Shown here piece by piece: positions 1 through 12,500 of a DNA stretch of 64,000 nt. Each line of letters starts with the position of its first letter. Positions within the stretch are counted from its first letter, which is position 1. Origin of the DNA: Macrostomum hystrix (Eukaryota > Animalia > Platyhelminthes); NCBI GenBank assembly GCA_950097015.1, contig CATNEN010000007.1:12090001-12154000 (forward strand), given 5' to 3'. Below the pieces are notes generated by a model. That model made no database searches, was not told the origin of the DNA, and saw only the letters and a list, made by a program, of their open reading frames with translations. The position numbers and the translations under genes were made by a program.

Positions 1-1071
1 ATAAGTATATACATGTGAGTCTGTCATAAGATATAGGTTTACTTTGCTATGCCTATAATCTATATTATTTAGAATAAGTAGCATGCCTTGATTAAAAACC
101 AAAGCCTAAATAGAAAACTAATTTCAAATTATAAACTGTCAAGGTATAAACATATGGAAAAAAAGATTAAAGAACATAACTTAAAATTAACAGAATAGCA
201 CATATTTTTAAGCTATAGCACACATACAATATACTATCACAAGCATGTGATATAAATACACACAAACATATATTACTTATCATAAACATCTATCACAAGG
301 ATAAAATCTTTATGCTATTGAAATGTACTTTATTTTAGCCCTCTAAAAGAAATACAATGTGAAATTATTTCTTAAGAATTTTTTTCATCTCCGCAACTCA
401 TATCTCTTCTACTATATTCTACTCAAAGCAAAAAATGTATTGAATTGCAAAAAATGTTCTATTTCGATCATTACAGAAGCAACCAACCTCAGGACTGCTT
501 CTAACAAACCCTTTTATTGAGTAAATTTAATCGTGTACTACAATATCTTCGTGCCTAGATAAAATTTTCACGCTCACTCTATTGACTTATTTTGCTTGGA
601 CATAGTTAAATTTAGAACTGTTTCTTTGAACAAAATAAGCTAAATATGTAAAAGTGAGTACTGGAACCATTCTTGCAGGTCGCTTTCAAAGCAATATATA
701 TTCAAGGATGTGCTTTCGACGAAATTTTGCACGAAAGTTTCGCAATGATAGTTTGATTTTGTTATGCTTTGCTTCCAATGGATACGAGCACGAAAAAAAT
801 TGCTCTTGTTCAATTTTCAGTCACTTGCGTCGATTTTTCGAACGTATTAATTTCCCGATTGACATTCACATTCACATTCACATTCAAACAAGAGTATTGT
901 AACTTAAAAAATAACCATTCAATTACAGCGAAACTTACAAGATCTTCTGATGCAACTAAGATAACGTTCCAAAATAAATATAATTTATTTTTGTCAATGC
1001 ATAAAAGAATTACACAGCTTTGAAGTTTGTTCCTATCTCCGCAGTGTATATTCTTGTACTTTCAAAAAGTA

Positions 1072-2997
1072 ACTTCTACTGCATCAATCGCAATGAAAAT
1101 TTACAAAACCTCTGATGCAATCGAGTTGATTGGATGTGTAAAATTTCAGACTGATTCATGAAAGCGTCTGCGGGTTATTCAATGTTAAAGTGTGTTCGTA
1201 TCTCCGTAGTGTATTTTTGGGAGCCAGCTTGACATTCGCAGGCAGACACTTCTACTGCATCAATCGCAATGAAAATTTACAAAACCTCTGATGCAATCGA
1301 GTTGATTGGATGTGTAAAATTTCAGACTGATTCATGAAAGCGTCTGCGGGTTATTCAATGTTAAAGTGTGTTTCGTATCTCCGTAGTGTATTTTTGGGAG
1401 CCAGCTTGACATTCGCAGGCAGACACTTCTACTGCATCAATCGCAATGAAAATTTACAAAACCTCTGATGCAATCGAGTTGATTGGATGTGTAAATTTTC
1501 AGGCTGATTCATGAAAGCGTCTGCGGGTTATTCAATGTTAAAGTGTGTTTCGTATCTCCGTAGTGTATTTTTGGGAGCCAGCTTGACATTCGCAGGCAGA
1601 CACTTCTACTGCCTCAATCGCAATGAAAATTTACAAAACCTCTGATGCAATCGAGTTGATTGGATGTGTAAAATTTCATGCTGATTCATGAAAGCGTCTG
1701 CGGGTTATTCAATGTTAAAGTGTGTTTCGTATCTCCGTAGTGTATTTTTGGGAGCCAGCTTGACATTCGCAGGCAGACACTTCTACTGCCTCAATCGCAA
1801 TGAAAATTTACAAAACCTCTGATGCAATCGAGTTGATTGGATGTGTAAAATTTCAGGCTGATTCATGAAAGCGTCTGCGGGTTATTCAATGTTAAAGTGT
1901 GTTTCGTATCTCCGTAGTGTATTTTTGGGAGCCAGCTTGACATTCGCAGGCAGACACTTCTACTGCATCAATCGCAATGAAAATTTACAAAACCTCTGAT
2001 GCAATCGAGTTGATTGGATGTGTAAAATTTCAGGCTGATTCATGAAAGCGTCTGCGGGTTATTCAATGTTAAAGTGTGTTTCGTATCTCCGTAGTGTATT
2101 TTTGGGAGCCAGCTTGACATTCGCAGGCAGACACTTCTACTGCATCAATCGCAATGAAAATTTACAAAACCTCTGATGCAATCGAGTTGATTGGATGTGT
2201 AAAATTTCAGGCTGATTCATGAAAGCGTCTGCGGGTTATTCAATGTTAAAGTGTGTTTCGTATCTCCGTAGTGTATTTTTGGGAGCCAGCTTGACATTCG
2301 CAGGCAGACACTTCTACTGCCTCAATCGCAATGAAAATTTACAAAACCTCTGATGCAATCGAGTTGATTGGATGTGTAAAATTTCATGCTGATTCATGAA
2401 AGCGTCTGCGGGTTATTCAATTTTAAAGTGTGTTTCGTATCTCCGTAGTGTATTTTTGGGAGCCAGCTTGACATTCGCAGGCAGACACTTCTACTGCATC
2501 AATCGCAATGAAAATTTACAAAACCTCTGATGCAATCGAGTTGATTGGATGTGTAAAATTTCAGGCTGATTCATGAAAGCGTCTGCGGGTTATTCAATGT
2601 TAAAGTGTGTTTCGTATCTCCGTAGTGTATTTTTGGGAGCCAGCTTGACATTCGCAGGCAGACACTTCTACTGCATCAATCGCAATGAAAATTTACAAAA
2701 CCTCTGATGCAATCGAGTTGATTGGATGTGTAAAATTTCAGGCTGATTCATGAAAGCGTCTGCGGGTTATTCAATGTTAAAGTGTGTTTCGTATCTCCGT
2801 AGTGTATTTTTGGGAGCCAGCTTGACATTCGCAGGCAGACACTTCTACTGCATCAATCGCAATGAAAATTTACAAAACCTCTGATGCAATCGAGTTGATT
2901 GGATGTGAAAAATTTCAGACTGATTCATGAAAGCGTCTGCGGGTTATTCAATGTTAAAGTGTGTTTCGTATCTCCGAAGTGTATTTTTGGGAGCCAG
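1072..2997 (+). repeat. 177-bp tandem satellite, ~11 units (left arm)
   Basis: GCAATGAAAATTTACAAAACCTCTGATG... recurs at 1090, 1266, 1443, 1620 and onward; period 177 bp (176 in a 1-nt deletion variant). Confidence 0.97.
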
Positions 2998-3074
2998 TGC
3001 AGCTCGACATCAGCTCGCAATGAATTCAAGGCAATTGATCTTCGCGGGCTTATAAATCAGCCTGTGTAGTTTTT

Positions 3075-4253
3075 TTACAGTAAAAGAGGGGCTGTGTGAT
3101 TTAATGAGAATTTTTTAGTGTTGAGTTGTTTAAGTGTCTTATTGTAGTATTTTTGAACGAATAAATCAGTTTTCGCCCTGCTAAAGTTTCCCAACCGACA
3201 ATTCTTGGCCAGATGACCTGGCTGGTTGCACGCGTAGCAACGCCTTGGACCAACAGTCATCGCTGCTGTGCTCGGTGGCGGTTGCTGCATCCTTCCGACG
3301 CGACTAGGACACTCACGCGCTAGGTGGCCGACGTCTCCGCACTGAAAGCAAGCACCATGCTGCCTCTGCTGTTGCTCTGCTAGACGACTAGGGGTCGCGG
3401 CGTACGCGCAGGCCCCCCTGTCTCCTAGCAACCCGGGCCCCGGGCCGCGCGGACGCGCAGACCCAGCAGGCGACGGTGCAGCAGACTGTCGAGGAGGCGG
3501 CGTCTGGCTCAGCCGCTTCAGTTGGTCTTCCAGCTCACGGATCCGCTGCTGAAGCGCTCCAAAACCTTCTGAACTGGCGGCTCTGGTGTCCACGGCAGCC
3601 ACACCTGATGTCGTCTTCCTGGAGGTCTGGTCCGAGCCTGACGTCTTGGCGGCTAGAGTAGCTGCCTCCTTTCGTCGAACGCAACGCACAGCCTCAGCGA
3701 GAGTAGCAGGCTGTTGAAGGATCACGTACTCCTTGACGCTCTCAGCAGCCTTAATGCCCTTCTTGAATCTGTCCCTTGCAAAACTGTTGACAATCTCAGC
3801 GGGCAGCTCGTCTTCAGGGTAGGCATTCCTCGCCAGCTCCAGCAGTGCATCGGCGTATGCCTCGTAGGTCTCGCCCTCCTTCTGCACTCGTGACTCCAGC
3901 TCCATCCGGTAATCTTCAGTCGTGCGGTGCTGCTGAAACCTTTCCAACAGAGCGTCCGTAAACTCCTGATATTCCAGATCCTCACCCAGCTGTAGATTCT
4001 CCACCGCTGCAAATGCTGTATTCAAATCCAAGAAGCTAAGCAGGTGCGGCCTTCGAGCGGCCTCCGCAATCTGCGCAGCATCACAATAAGCGTTGAACTT
4101 CTGCAACCACATGCGAAAGTTGTCTCCACTAGAATACTTCGGCGGCTTCGCTGGCCTCTGGACATTCTGCGCTGCATTTATCTCCTGCTGCAAGGTCCGA
4201 CGCACCGAAGCAGTCATCAGCTCCACGAGGCGATTCACTCCTTCGTCTCCCAT
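3075..4253 (-). CDS. gag: Ty3/Gypsy-type Gag with two CCHC zinc knuckles; pol absent
   Basis: 392-aa ORF with retrotransposon capsid-like motifs (FRMWLQKF, LESRVQKEGETYEAY) and knuckles CFQCGDVGHLAREC and CYACNQPGHLAKNC. It lies downstream of the PBS and LTR. The last ~35 codons read into AT-rich, apparently non-element DNA. Confidence 0.92.
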   Translation of the reverse strand: MGDEGVNRLVELMTASVRRTLQQEINAAQNVQRPAKPPKYSSGDNFRMWLQKFNAYCDAAQIAEAARRPHLLSFLDLNTAFAAVENLQLGEDLEYQEFTDALLERFQQHRTTEDYRMELESRVQKEGETYEAYADALLELARNAYPEDELPAEIVNSFARDRFKKGIKAAESVKEYVILQQPATLAEAVRCVRRKEAATLAAKTSGSDQTSRKTTSGVAAVDTRAASSEGFGALQQRIRELEDQLKRLSQTPPPRQSAAPSPAGSARPRGPGPGLLGDRGACAYAATPSRLAEQQQRQHGACFQCGDVGHLARECPSRVGRMQQPPPSTAAMTVGPRRCYACNQPGHLAKNCRLGNFSRAKTDLFVQKYYNKTLKQLNTKKFSLNHTAPLLL

Positions 4254-4398
4254 GACGACAACAAAATCCTCGAATCACAAGATAAAAAATCTCACGGCAA
4301 CAACAAAGCACTGACAAAAGTCCTAGAAAACACCCCTCCTGAACAGAATCCCTAAGCTAATTAACACATGGGGTCGAGGATCCTAACAGGCACGAACT

Positions 4399-4416
4399 AT
4401 CCTGGTCACGACACCA
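4399..4416 (-). promoter_or_regulatory. Primer-binding site complementary to tRNA-His 3' end
   Basis: The minus strand reads TGGTGTCGTGACCAGGAT, 1 nt after the LTR's terminal CA. It is a 17/18 match to the complement of the invertebrate tRNA-His end ATCCTGGTCACGGCACCA (recalled from memory). Confidence 0.85.
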
Positions 4417-4417
4417 A

Positions 4418-5135
4418 TGTTGTGTCCCGAGACGGGCCAGCCGGCTTCGCCTCTCGCTCAGGACGAGCAGGGAGGTTCAGCACTTCCGTCCTACTATGTG
4501 TCGGCCTACTGTCGCACTAGACGCACAGACAGTAAGCCGGCAACCAAGGTCGCAACGAATGCACAGGCCCTGGCGACAAAGTCCTAGTGACTGAACCCGA
4601 AAAGACAGAGGCAGACGACACTTACGTAGGCTTGCAGTGCGGGTTTGCGCTCGGGAGAGCTGGCTGAGTTGATGTATTTTGTCTGGTAGGCGGTGGTTGG
4701 GGTGCTCAACAAAACAAAACAGTCACGTCCGAGGGGGACGAGCGCGCGCACGCCAATAAATAAGACCTGCTCACCCAGGGTGAGCAGGGTAATACCCGAT
4801 CACGGCTAAGCTGCAGGGTAGAGAGAGAAAGTAAGAGACAGTAACAGAGAGAACCAGTCGCAGCCTCGCCAATCACGCAGGGTCAATAAGACAACTGGGC
4901 GAGCCGCGAACCAATGAGAGGGCATGAACGGAAGATGACAATAACCGGGGGTACCCAACGTCTTAGCTCAACCAATCAGACGCCAGGGGTGGGAGAAATT
5001 GATAGGCAGGCAGGCGCAGAGCAAGAAAGGGGCAGGGGGGCGACTCAAAGTGCAACGCGACTGTGAAAGTGCACCGAAAAATACAGTACATAGAAACTAT
5101 TAAATACAGTACATAGAAACTATTAAATCACAACA
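4418..5135 (-). mobile_element. 5' LTR (718 bp) of a truncated Gypsy-like retrotransposon
   Basis: Bounded by TGTTGTG...CACAACA 7-bp terminal inverted repeats. One end abuts the PBS; the other cuts a satellite unit at 5136. It contains several CCAAT boxes and a 23-bp duplication at 5079-5124. Confidence 0.88.
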
Positions 5136-8100
5136 CATTGAATAACCCGCAGACGCTTTTCATGAATCAGTCTGAAATTTTACACATCCAATCAACTCGA
5201 TTGCATCAGAGGTTTTGTAAATTTGCATTGCGATTGAGGCAGTAGAAGTGTCTGCCTGCGAATGTCAAGCTGGCTCCCAAAAATACACTACGGAGATACG
5301 AACACACTTTAACATTGAATAACCCGCAGACGCTTTCATGAATCAGTCTGAAATTTTACACATCCAATCAACTCGATTGCATCAGAGGTTTTGTAAATTT
5401 TCATTGCGATTGAGGCAGTAGAAGTGTCTGCCTGCGAATGTCAAGCTGGCTCCCAAAAATACACTACGGAGATACGAAACACACTTTAACATTGAATAAC
5501 CCGCAGACGCTTTCATGAATCAGTCTGAAATTTTACACATCCAATCAACTCGATTGCATCAGAGGTTTTGTAAATTTTCATTGCGATTGAGGCAGTAGAA
5601 GTGTCTGCCTGCGAATGTCAAGCTGGCTCCCAAAAATACACTACGGAGATACGAAACACACTTTAACATTGAATAACCCGCAGACGCTTTCATGAATCAG
5701 TCTGAAATTTTACACATCCAATCAACTCGATTGCATCAGAGGTTTTGTAAATTTTCATTGCGATTGAGGCAGTAGAAGTGTCTGCCTGCGAATGTCAAGC
5801 TGGCTCCCAAAAATACACTACGGAGATACGAAACACACTTTAACATTGAATAACCCGCAGACGCTTTCATGAATCAGCCTGAAATTTTACACATCCAATC
5901 AACTCGATTGCATCAGAGGTTTTGTAAATTTTCATTGCGATTGATGCAGTAGAAGTGTCTGCCTGCGAATGTCAAGCTGGCTCCCAAAAATACACTACGG
6001 AGATACGAAACACACTTTAACATTGAATAACCCGCAGACGCTTTCATGAATCAGTCTGAAATTTTACACATCCAATCAACTCGATTGCATCAGAGGTTTT
6101 GTAAATTTTCATTGCGATTGATGCAGTAGAAGTGTCTGCCTGCGAATGTCAAGCTGGCTCCCAAAAATACACTACGGAGATACGAAACACACTTTAACAT
6201 TGAATAACCCGCAGACGCTTTCATGAATCAGTCTGAAATTTTACACATCCAATCAACTCGATTGCATCAGAGGTTTTGTAAATTTTCATTGCGATTGAGG
6301 CAGTAGAAGTGTCTGCCTGCGAATGTCAAGCTGGCTCCCAAAAATACACTACGGAGATACGAAACACACTTTAACATTGAATAACCCGCAGACGCTTTCA
6401 TGAATCAGTCTGAAATTTTTCACATCCAATCAACTCGATTGCATCAGAGGTTTTGTAAATTTTCATTGCGATTGATGCAGTAGAAGTGTCTGCCTGCGAA
6501 TGTCAAGCTGGCTCCCAAAAATACACTACGGAGATACGAAACACACTTTAACATTGAATAACCCGCAGACGCTTTCATGAATCAGCCTGAAATTTTACAC
6601 ATCCAATCAACTCGATTGCATCAGAGGTTTTGTAAATTTTCATTGCGATTGATGCAGTAGAAGTGTCTGCCTGCGAATGTCAAGCTGGCTCCCAAAAATA
6701 CACTACGGAGATACGAAACACACTTTAACATTGAATAACCCGCAGACGCTTTCATGAATCAGCCTGAAATTTTACACATCCAATCAACTCGATTGCATCA
6801 GAGGTTTTGTAAATTTTCATTGCGATTGATGCAGTAGAAGTGTCTGCCTGCGAATGTCAAGCTGGCTCCCAAAAATACACTACGGAGATACGAAACACAC
6901 TTTAACATTGAATAACCCGCAGACGCTTTCATGAATCAGCCTGAAATTTTACACATCCAATCAACTCGATTGCATCAGAGGTTTTGTAAATTTTCATTGC
7001 GATTGATGCAGTAGAAGTGTCTGCCTGCGAATGTCAAGCTGGCTCCCAAAAATACACTACGGAGATACGAAACACACTTTAACATTGAATAACCCGCAGA
7101 CGCTTTCATGAATCAGCCTGAAATTTTACACATCCAATCAACTCGATTGCATCAGAGGTTTTGTAAATTTTCATTGCGATTGATGCAGTAGAAGTGTCTG
7201 CCTGCGAATGTCAAGCTGGCTCCCAAAAATACACTACGGAGATACGAAACACACTTTAACATTGAATAACCCGCAGACGCTTTCATGAATAAGCATGAAA
7301 TTTTACACATCCAATCAACTCGATTGCATCAGAGGTTTTGTAAATTTTCATTGCGATTGATGCAGTAGAAGTGTCTGCCTGCGAATGTCAAGCTGGCTCC
7401 CAAAAATACACTACGGAGATACGAACACACTTTAACATTGAATAACCCGCAGACGCTTTCATGAATCAGTCTGAAATTTTACACATCCAATCAACTCGAT
7501 TGCATCAGAGGTTTTGTAAATTTTCATTGCGATTGATGCAGTAGAAGTGTCTGCCTGCGAATGTCAAGCTGGCTCCCAAAAATACACTACGGAGATACGA
7601 AACACACTTTAACATTGAATAACCCGCAGACGCTTTCATGAATCAGTCTGAAATTTTACACATCCAATCAACTCGATTGCATCAGAGGTTTTGTAAATTT
7701 TCATTGCGATTGATGCAGTAGAAGTGTCTGCCTGCGAATGTCAAGCTGGCTCCCAAAAATACACTACGGAGATACGAACACACTTTAACATTGAATAACC
7801 CGCAGACGCTTTCATGAATCAGTCTGAAATTTTACACATCCAATCAACTCGATTGCATCAGAGGTTTTGTAAATTTTCATTGCGATTGAGGCAGTAGAAG
7901 TGTCTGCCTGCGAATGTCAAGCTGGCTCCCAAAAATACACTACGGAGATACGAAACACACTTTAACATTGAATAACCCGCAGACGCTTTCATGAATCAGT
8001 CTGAAATTTTACACATCCAATCAACTCGATTGCATCAGAGGTTTTGTAAATTTTCATTGCGATTGAGGCAGTAGAAGTGTCTGCCTGCGAATGTCAAGCT

Positions 8101-8961
8101 GGCTCCCAAAAATACACTACGGAGATACGAAACACACTTTAACATTGAATAACCCGCAGACGCTTTCATGAATCAGTCTGAAATTTTACACATCCAATCA
8201 ACTCGATTGCATCAGAGGTTTTGTAAATTTTCATTGCGATTGAGGCAGTAGAAGTGTCTGCCTGCGAATGTCAAGCTGGCTCCCAAAAATACACTACGGA
8301 GATACGAAACACACTTTAACATTGAATAACCCGCAGACGCTTTCATGAATCAGCCTGAAATTTTACACATCCAATCAACTCGATTGCATCAGAGGTTTTG
8401 TAAATTTTCATTGCGATTGATGCAGTAGAAGTGTCTGCCTGCGAATGTCAAGCTGGCTCCCAAAAATACACTACGGAGATACGAAACACACTTTAACATT
8501 GAATAACCCGCAGACGCTTTCATGAATCAGTCTGAAATTTTACACATCCAATCAACTCGATTGCATCAGAGGTTTTGTAAATTTTCATTGCGATTGATGC
8601 AGTAGAAGTGTCTGCCTGCGAATGTCAAGCTGGCTCCCAAAAATACACTACGGAGATACGAACACACTTTAACATTGAATAACCCGCAGACGCTTTCATG
8701 AATCAGTCTGAAATTTTACACATCCAATCAACTCGATTGCATCAGAGGTTTTGTAAATTTGCATTGCGATTGAGGCAGTAGAAGTGTCTGCCTGCGAATG
8801 TCAAGCTGGCTCCCAAAAATACACTACGGAGATACGAACACACTTTAACATTGAATAACCCGCAGACGCTTTCATGAATCAGTCTGAAATTTTACACATC
8901 CAATCAACTCGATTGCATCAGAGGTTTTGTAAATTTTCACTGCGATTGATGCAGTAGAAGT
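5136..8961 (-). repeat. 177-bp tandem satellite, ~21.6 units (right arm, inverted)
   Basis: Reverse complement of the 1072-2997 array, with the same SNP variants. Confidence 0.97.
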
Positions 8962-9551
8962 TACTTTTTGAAAGTACAAGAATATACACTGCGGAGATAG
9001 GAACAAACTTCAAAGCAGAGTAATTCTTTTATGCATTGACAAAAATAAATTATATTTATTTTGGAACGTTATCTTAATTGCATCAGAAGATCTTGTAAGT
9101 TTCGCTGTAATTGAATGGTTATTTTTTAAGTTACAATACTCTTGTTTGAATGTGAATGTGAATGTGAATGTCAATCGGGAAATTAATACGTGAAAAATTA
9201 TATAAATATCCTTCAAAGAATTTTCTAACTCTCCTTAGAAGAGAAAAAGGCTTTAGATTTTGTATTTTAATAATAACCTTTCGATGCATGTAACGTGTTT
9301 TAACGAGATTTCTAAAATACATTTTCATAAATCATAAGCTCAGCCGCATTTAGGGATAATTATTTTATATTAGAATATACGAGTAGACATGCGACTTTAA
9401 ATTTGAATAAAAGCATATGAGCAGGTGCGCTGTGTTTTTCATTCACTAAAATGATAAAAATGAATAAGTGGAACTGAATTTTTGAAAAATGTAAAAAGTT
9501 AAAAATAAAAATCGTTTCGCCCCATCGCTCGATGTGGCCCGAGGCTCCTCG

Positions 9552-12500
9552 TTACAGTCTGGTGGCCGAGTTGTCAAAGCCGCCATCGTCATGATCATCC
9601 TGGCCTGAGGCACCGCCCCTGAACACTTGGCGGCCCCGGATAGACAACGTAAGCATTTCACGGAAAACTCGCTCAAATTTGCGCTGCGGGTGGTCAAGGT
9701 AGAATGAGCATATTGAGCAGTCGCACTCCAATTCTAAAACTGACGAGCTCAGATAATGGCAAAAAATCCAGCAAGGCTGGGAGATTTTCAAGCAACAGAG
9801 CTAGCTAAGCCCGCTCAAGCCAGTTGATTGGCGGGCTATAATGCCAGCTTGGCCAGTTCAAGCCAGCTGATTGGCGGGCTAAAATGCCAGCTTGGCCAGT
9901 TCAAGCCAGCTGATTGGCGGGCTAAAATGCCATCCTGGCCAGCTCAACCCAGCTGGTTGGCGGGCTAGCTTGGCCTCACCCTCTGTCGCTTAGCTAGCAG
10001 GGCGCAGCGGTACGCGAACTCCATGACAGACAGGCAGAGGCCCATCACCACACCGGCGCCCAGGATGAAGAACAGGCCCTGGACGTCGCTCAGGTGCAGC
10101 GAGTTGTACGTGCCGCTCTTCTGCGAAAGAAATTGGGTGGATTGGAGTAAGTATGCGTAGGCGTTCTGGGACTGCGGATAACGACGGGTTCTATTTTCTT
10201 AGAAACCGTGAAACATGATGACTTGATTCGCTAATTCAGAAATCAGCTTAGACTCAAACCTTATTGTCGTCGCTCCCGTCCTCCTGGCAGTTGTTCTTGA
10301 AGCGGTCCTCCCACCACTTCTTGTACAGCATGTGGATGTCGTTCTTCTCCTTGAGTATGAGCACGGCCACGTTGATGCTCTCGCGCAGGTCGGAGCCGGT
10401 GGGTGTGGCGATGCCGTAGCCCTTGCCGCTGTCCAGGTTGCCTCCTACCTTCATGGTGTCGCAGTTCTGGTGGTTGAAGTACTCGTTCATGGTGCTCTCC
10501 AGCAGGAAGGCGTACTCCCGGTTGGACTTGCGCACCCGCTCGACACCATCGCTGACAGAGTTGACGAACACCTCCGGATGCGATTCCATGAACTGCCACA
10601 TCCGACGGAAGTCCTGGATCTTTGACTCCTGATCGAAACAAAATCAGCAGTGACAAAATCAGACATCCTCGAGACGATAAATGTACTCGTACGATAAATC
10701 TACGATAAATCTACGATAAATCTACGATAAATCTACGATAAATCTACGATAAATCTACGATAAATCTACGATAAATCTACGATAAATCTACGATAAATCT
10801 ACGATAAATCTACGATAAATCTACGATAAATCTACGATAAATCTACGATAAATCTACGATAAATCTACGATAAATCTACGATAAATCTACGATAAATCTA
10901 CGATAAATCTACGATAAATCTACGATAAATCTACGATAAATCTACGATAAATCTACGATAAATCTACGATAAATCTACGATAAATCTACGATAAATCTAC
11001 GATAAATCTACGATAAATCTATCGACTCTCACGCCCGACCCCGACCTTGAAGAAGTCCTTGGAGGCTCCTGAGTTCACCACGCCGTACTTGATCTTGGTC
11101 TGTCTCGCCAGGTCCTCGTACGACTGGATGGGCGTGGCCATGCGCTCTACGGTCAAGAAGGCTGCCAGGTTGGCAGTGTACGAGCTGACGATGATCAGCG
11201 TGAAGAACCACCAGACGCTGCCCACAATGCGTCCAGAGAGAGACCTGGGTGAGATGTCGCCGCCCTGCTGCATGAAGGCGCTCAGCGAGAACCACAGCGA
11301 GTTGAAGATGCTGAAGTCGTTGGTCAGCTGGTCCGAGTCGGGCTTGGCGCGCCACTCGTACGGGCTGAGGCGGCTCACAACGAACAGCACGACACTGACG
11401 CTGAGGTAGGCGAAGGCGATGCACATCCAGATCTCCTTGGACAGCGGCTTCATGAAGCCGAACACCTCCTCCACCGGCTTGGTGGGCTTCATGAACATGA
11501 TGCTCAGGCCGACCTCCATGTAGGGCTTGGAGAAGTCCACCACCTTCTCGCGCTTCGAGGTGATGGTCAGAGGGGCCACCGCAATGTCCGCCTCCTGCAC
11601 CGGTTGGAATGCATTGATTCAAGTGGAATTCGCTGCAATGGGCTGGGTATGCAATTTGCACTCAGCTCACACACCCACTGAAGACTCACGTGTCTGTACA
11701 GCTCTCCAATCATGCCGTTCCAAGTCCTGTTGACGCTGTCGTCTCCGTACTTGCCGTCGCCCACCGGCTTGATGATGTAGTTGAAGCCCACCCGCTCCGC
11801 CACGAGTCTGGTGAGGTCCACGCAGAAGCCCTCGAATCTCTCGTTGCCGATGAACGGGGTGCCGTCGAAGTCGCCGGGGTTGCGGACCATTGTGAAGGGC
11901 TCGGCCAGGATGCTGGTGACCACGCGGGTCTTGTTGTTCCTGGGGTAGCGCGAGTTCTTGCCCAGCTTCGCCGCCCGGCTCTGCAGCATTCTGATACGGC
12001 CGCCCGACCATTCGCTGATCTGAGAGGCGAACCGATTTGCTTTGACCTTGACATTTTTCTTGTCACCTAGCCTCATTAATAATGACCTTGAAATGCTCGC
12101 CTCATTAAAAGCAGAGATCCGATTAATGCCGCACGCACCTGCTGCGGCGGGAACTTCTCCCCGGACTGGTAGATGTGGATCCGGTAGTCTGTCCGGTAGC
12201 CGCTGCTGTTGAATGCCACCAGGCCTGTGAGTCCAGCCATCCGGAAGCTGCCGGACTTCAGCTCGCCGGCCAGGTCAGCGGCGCGGAACTGCGGCGTTGT
12301 CGGCGGCGTGCAGGCATCGCTGCGCAGCCGCGGTAGAGGCTCTGCTGGCTTTGTGGCATCCATGGCAGATAGTAGAGCAGTCAGGGCATCGGAAACCAGG
12401 GCGGCGGACAGCTAGCGGAGGAGGGTTGGGTGATGTTGCAGAGGCTGAGGTGGATGTGGAAGATGGGGTGGATGCGGAGGTTGAGGTGGAGGATGGGGTT

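Larger units (their letters stand above)
842..9191. mobile_element. Foldback-like element / large inverted repeat with 177-bp satellite arms
   Basis: 842-1072 (ACGTATTAATTTCCCGATTGACATTCACATTCAC...) is the near-perfect reverse complement of 8961-9191. Each end continues inward into the same 177-bp tandem array in opposite orientations. No transposase and no clear target-site duplication seen. Confidence 0.7.

Noticed and set aside
3170-3192. Functional gag-pol -1 frameshift
   Set aside because: The heptamer GGGAAAC is present, but the -1 frame stops immediately and no pol follows.
1072-8961. Regular arrays as CRISPR loci (also the many 30-46-bp repeats elsewhere)
   Set aside because: Units are head-to-tail with no unique spacers, there are no cas genes, and the context is eukaryotic.
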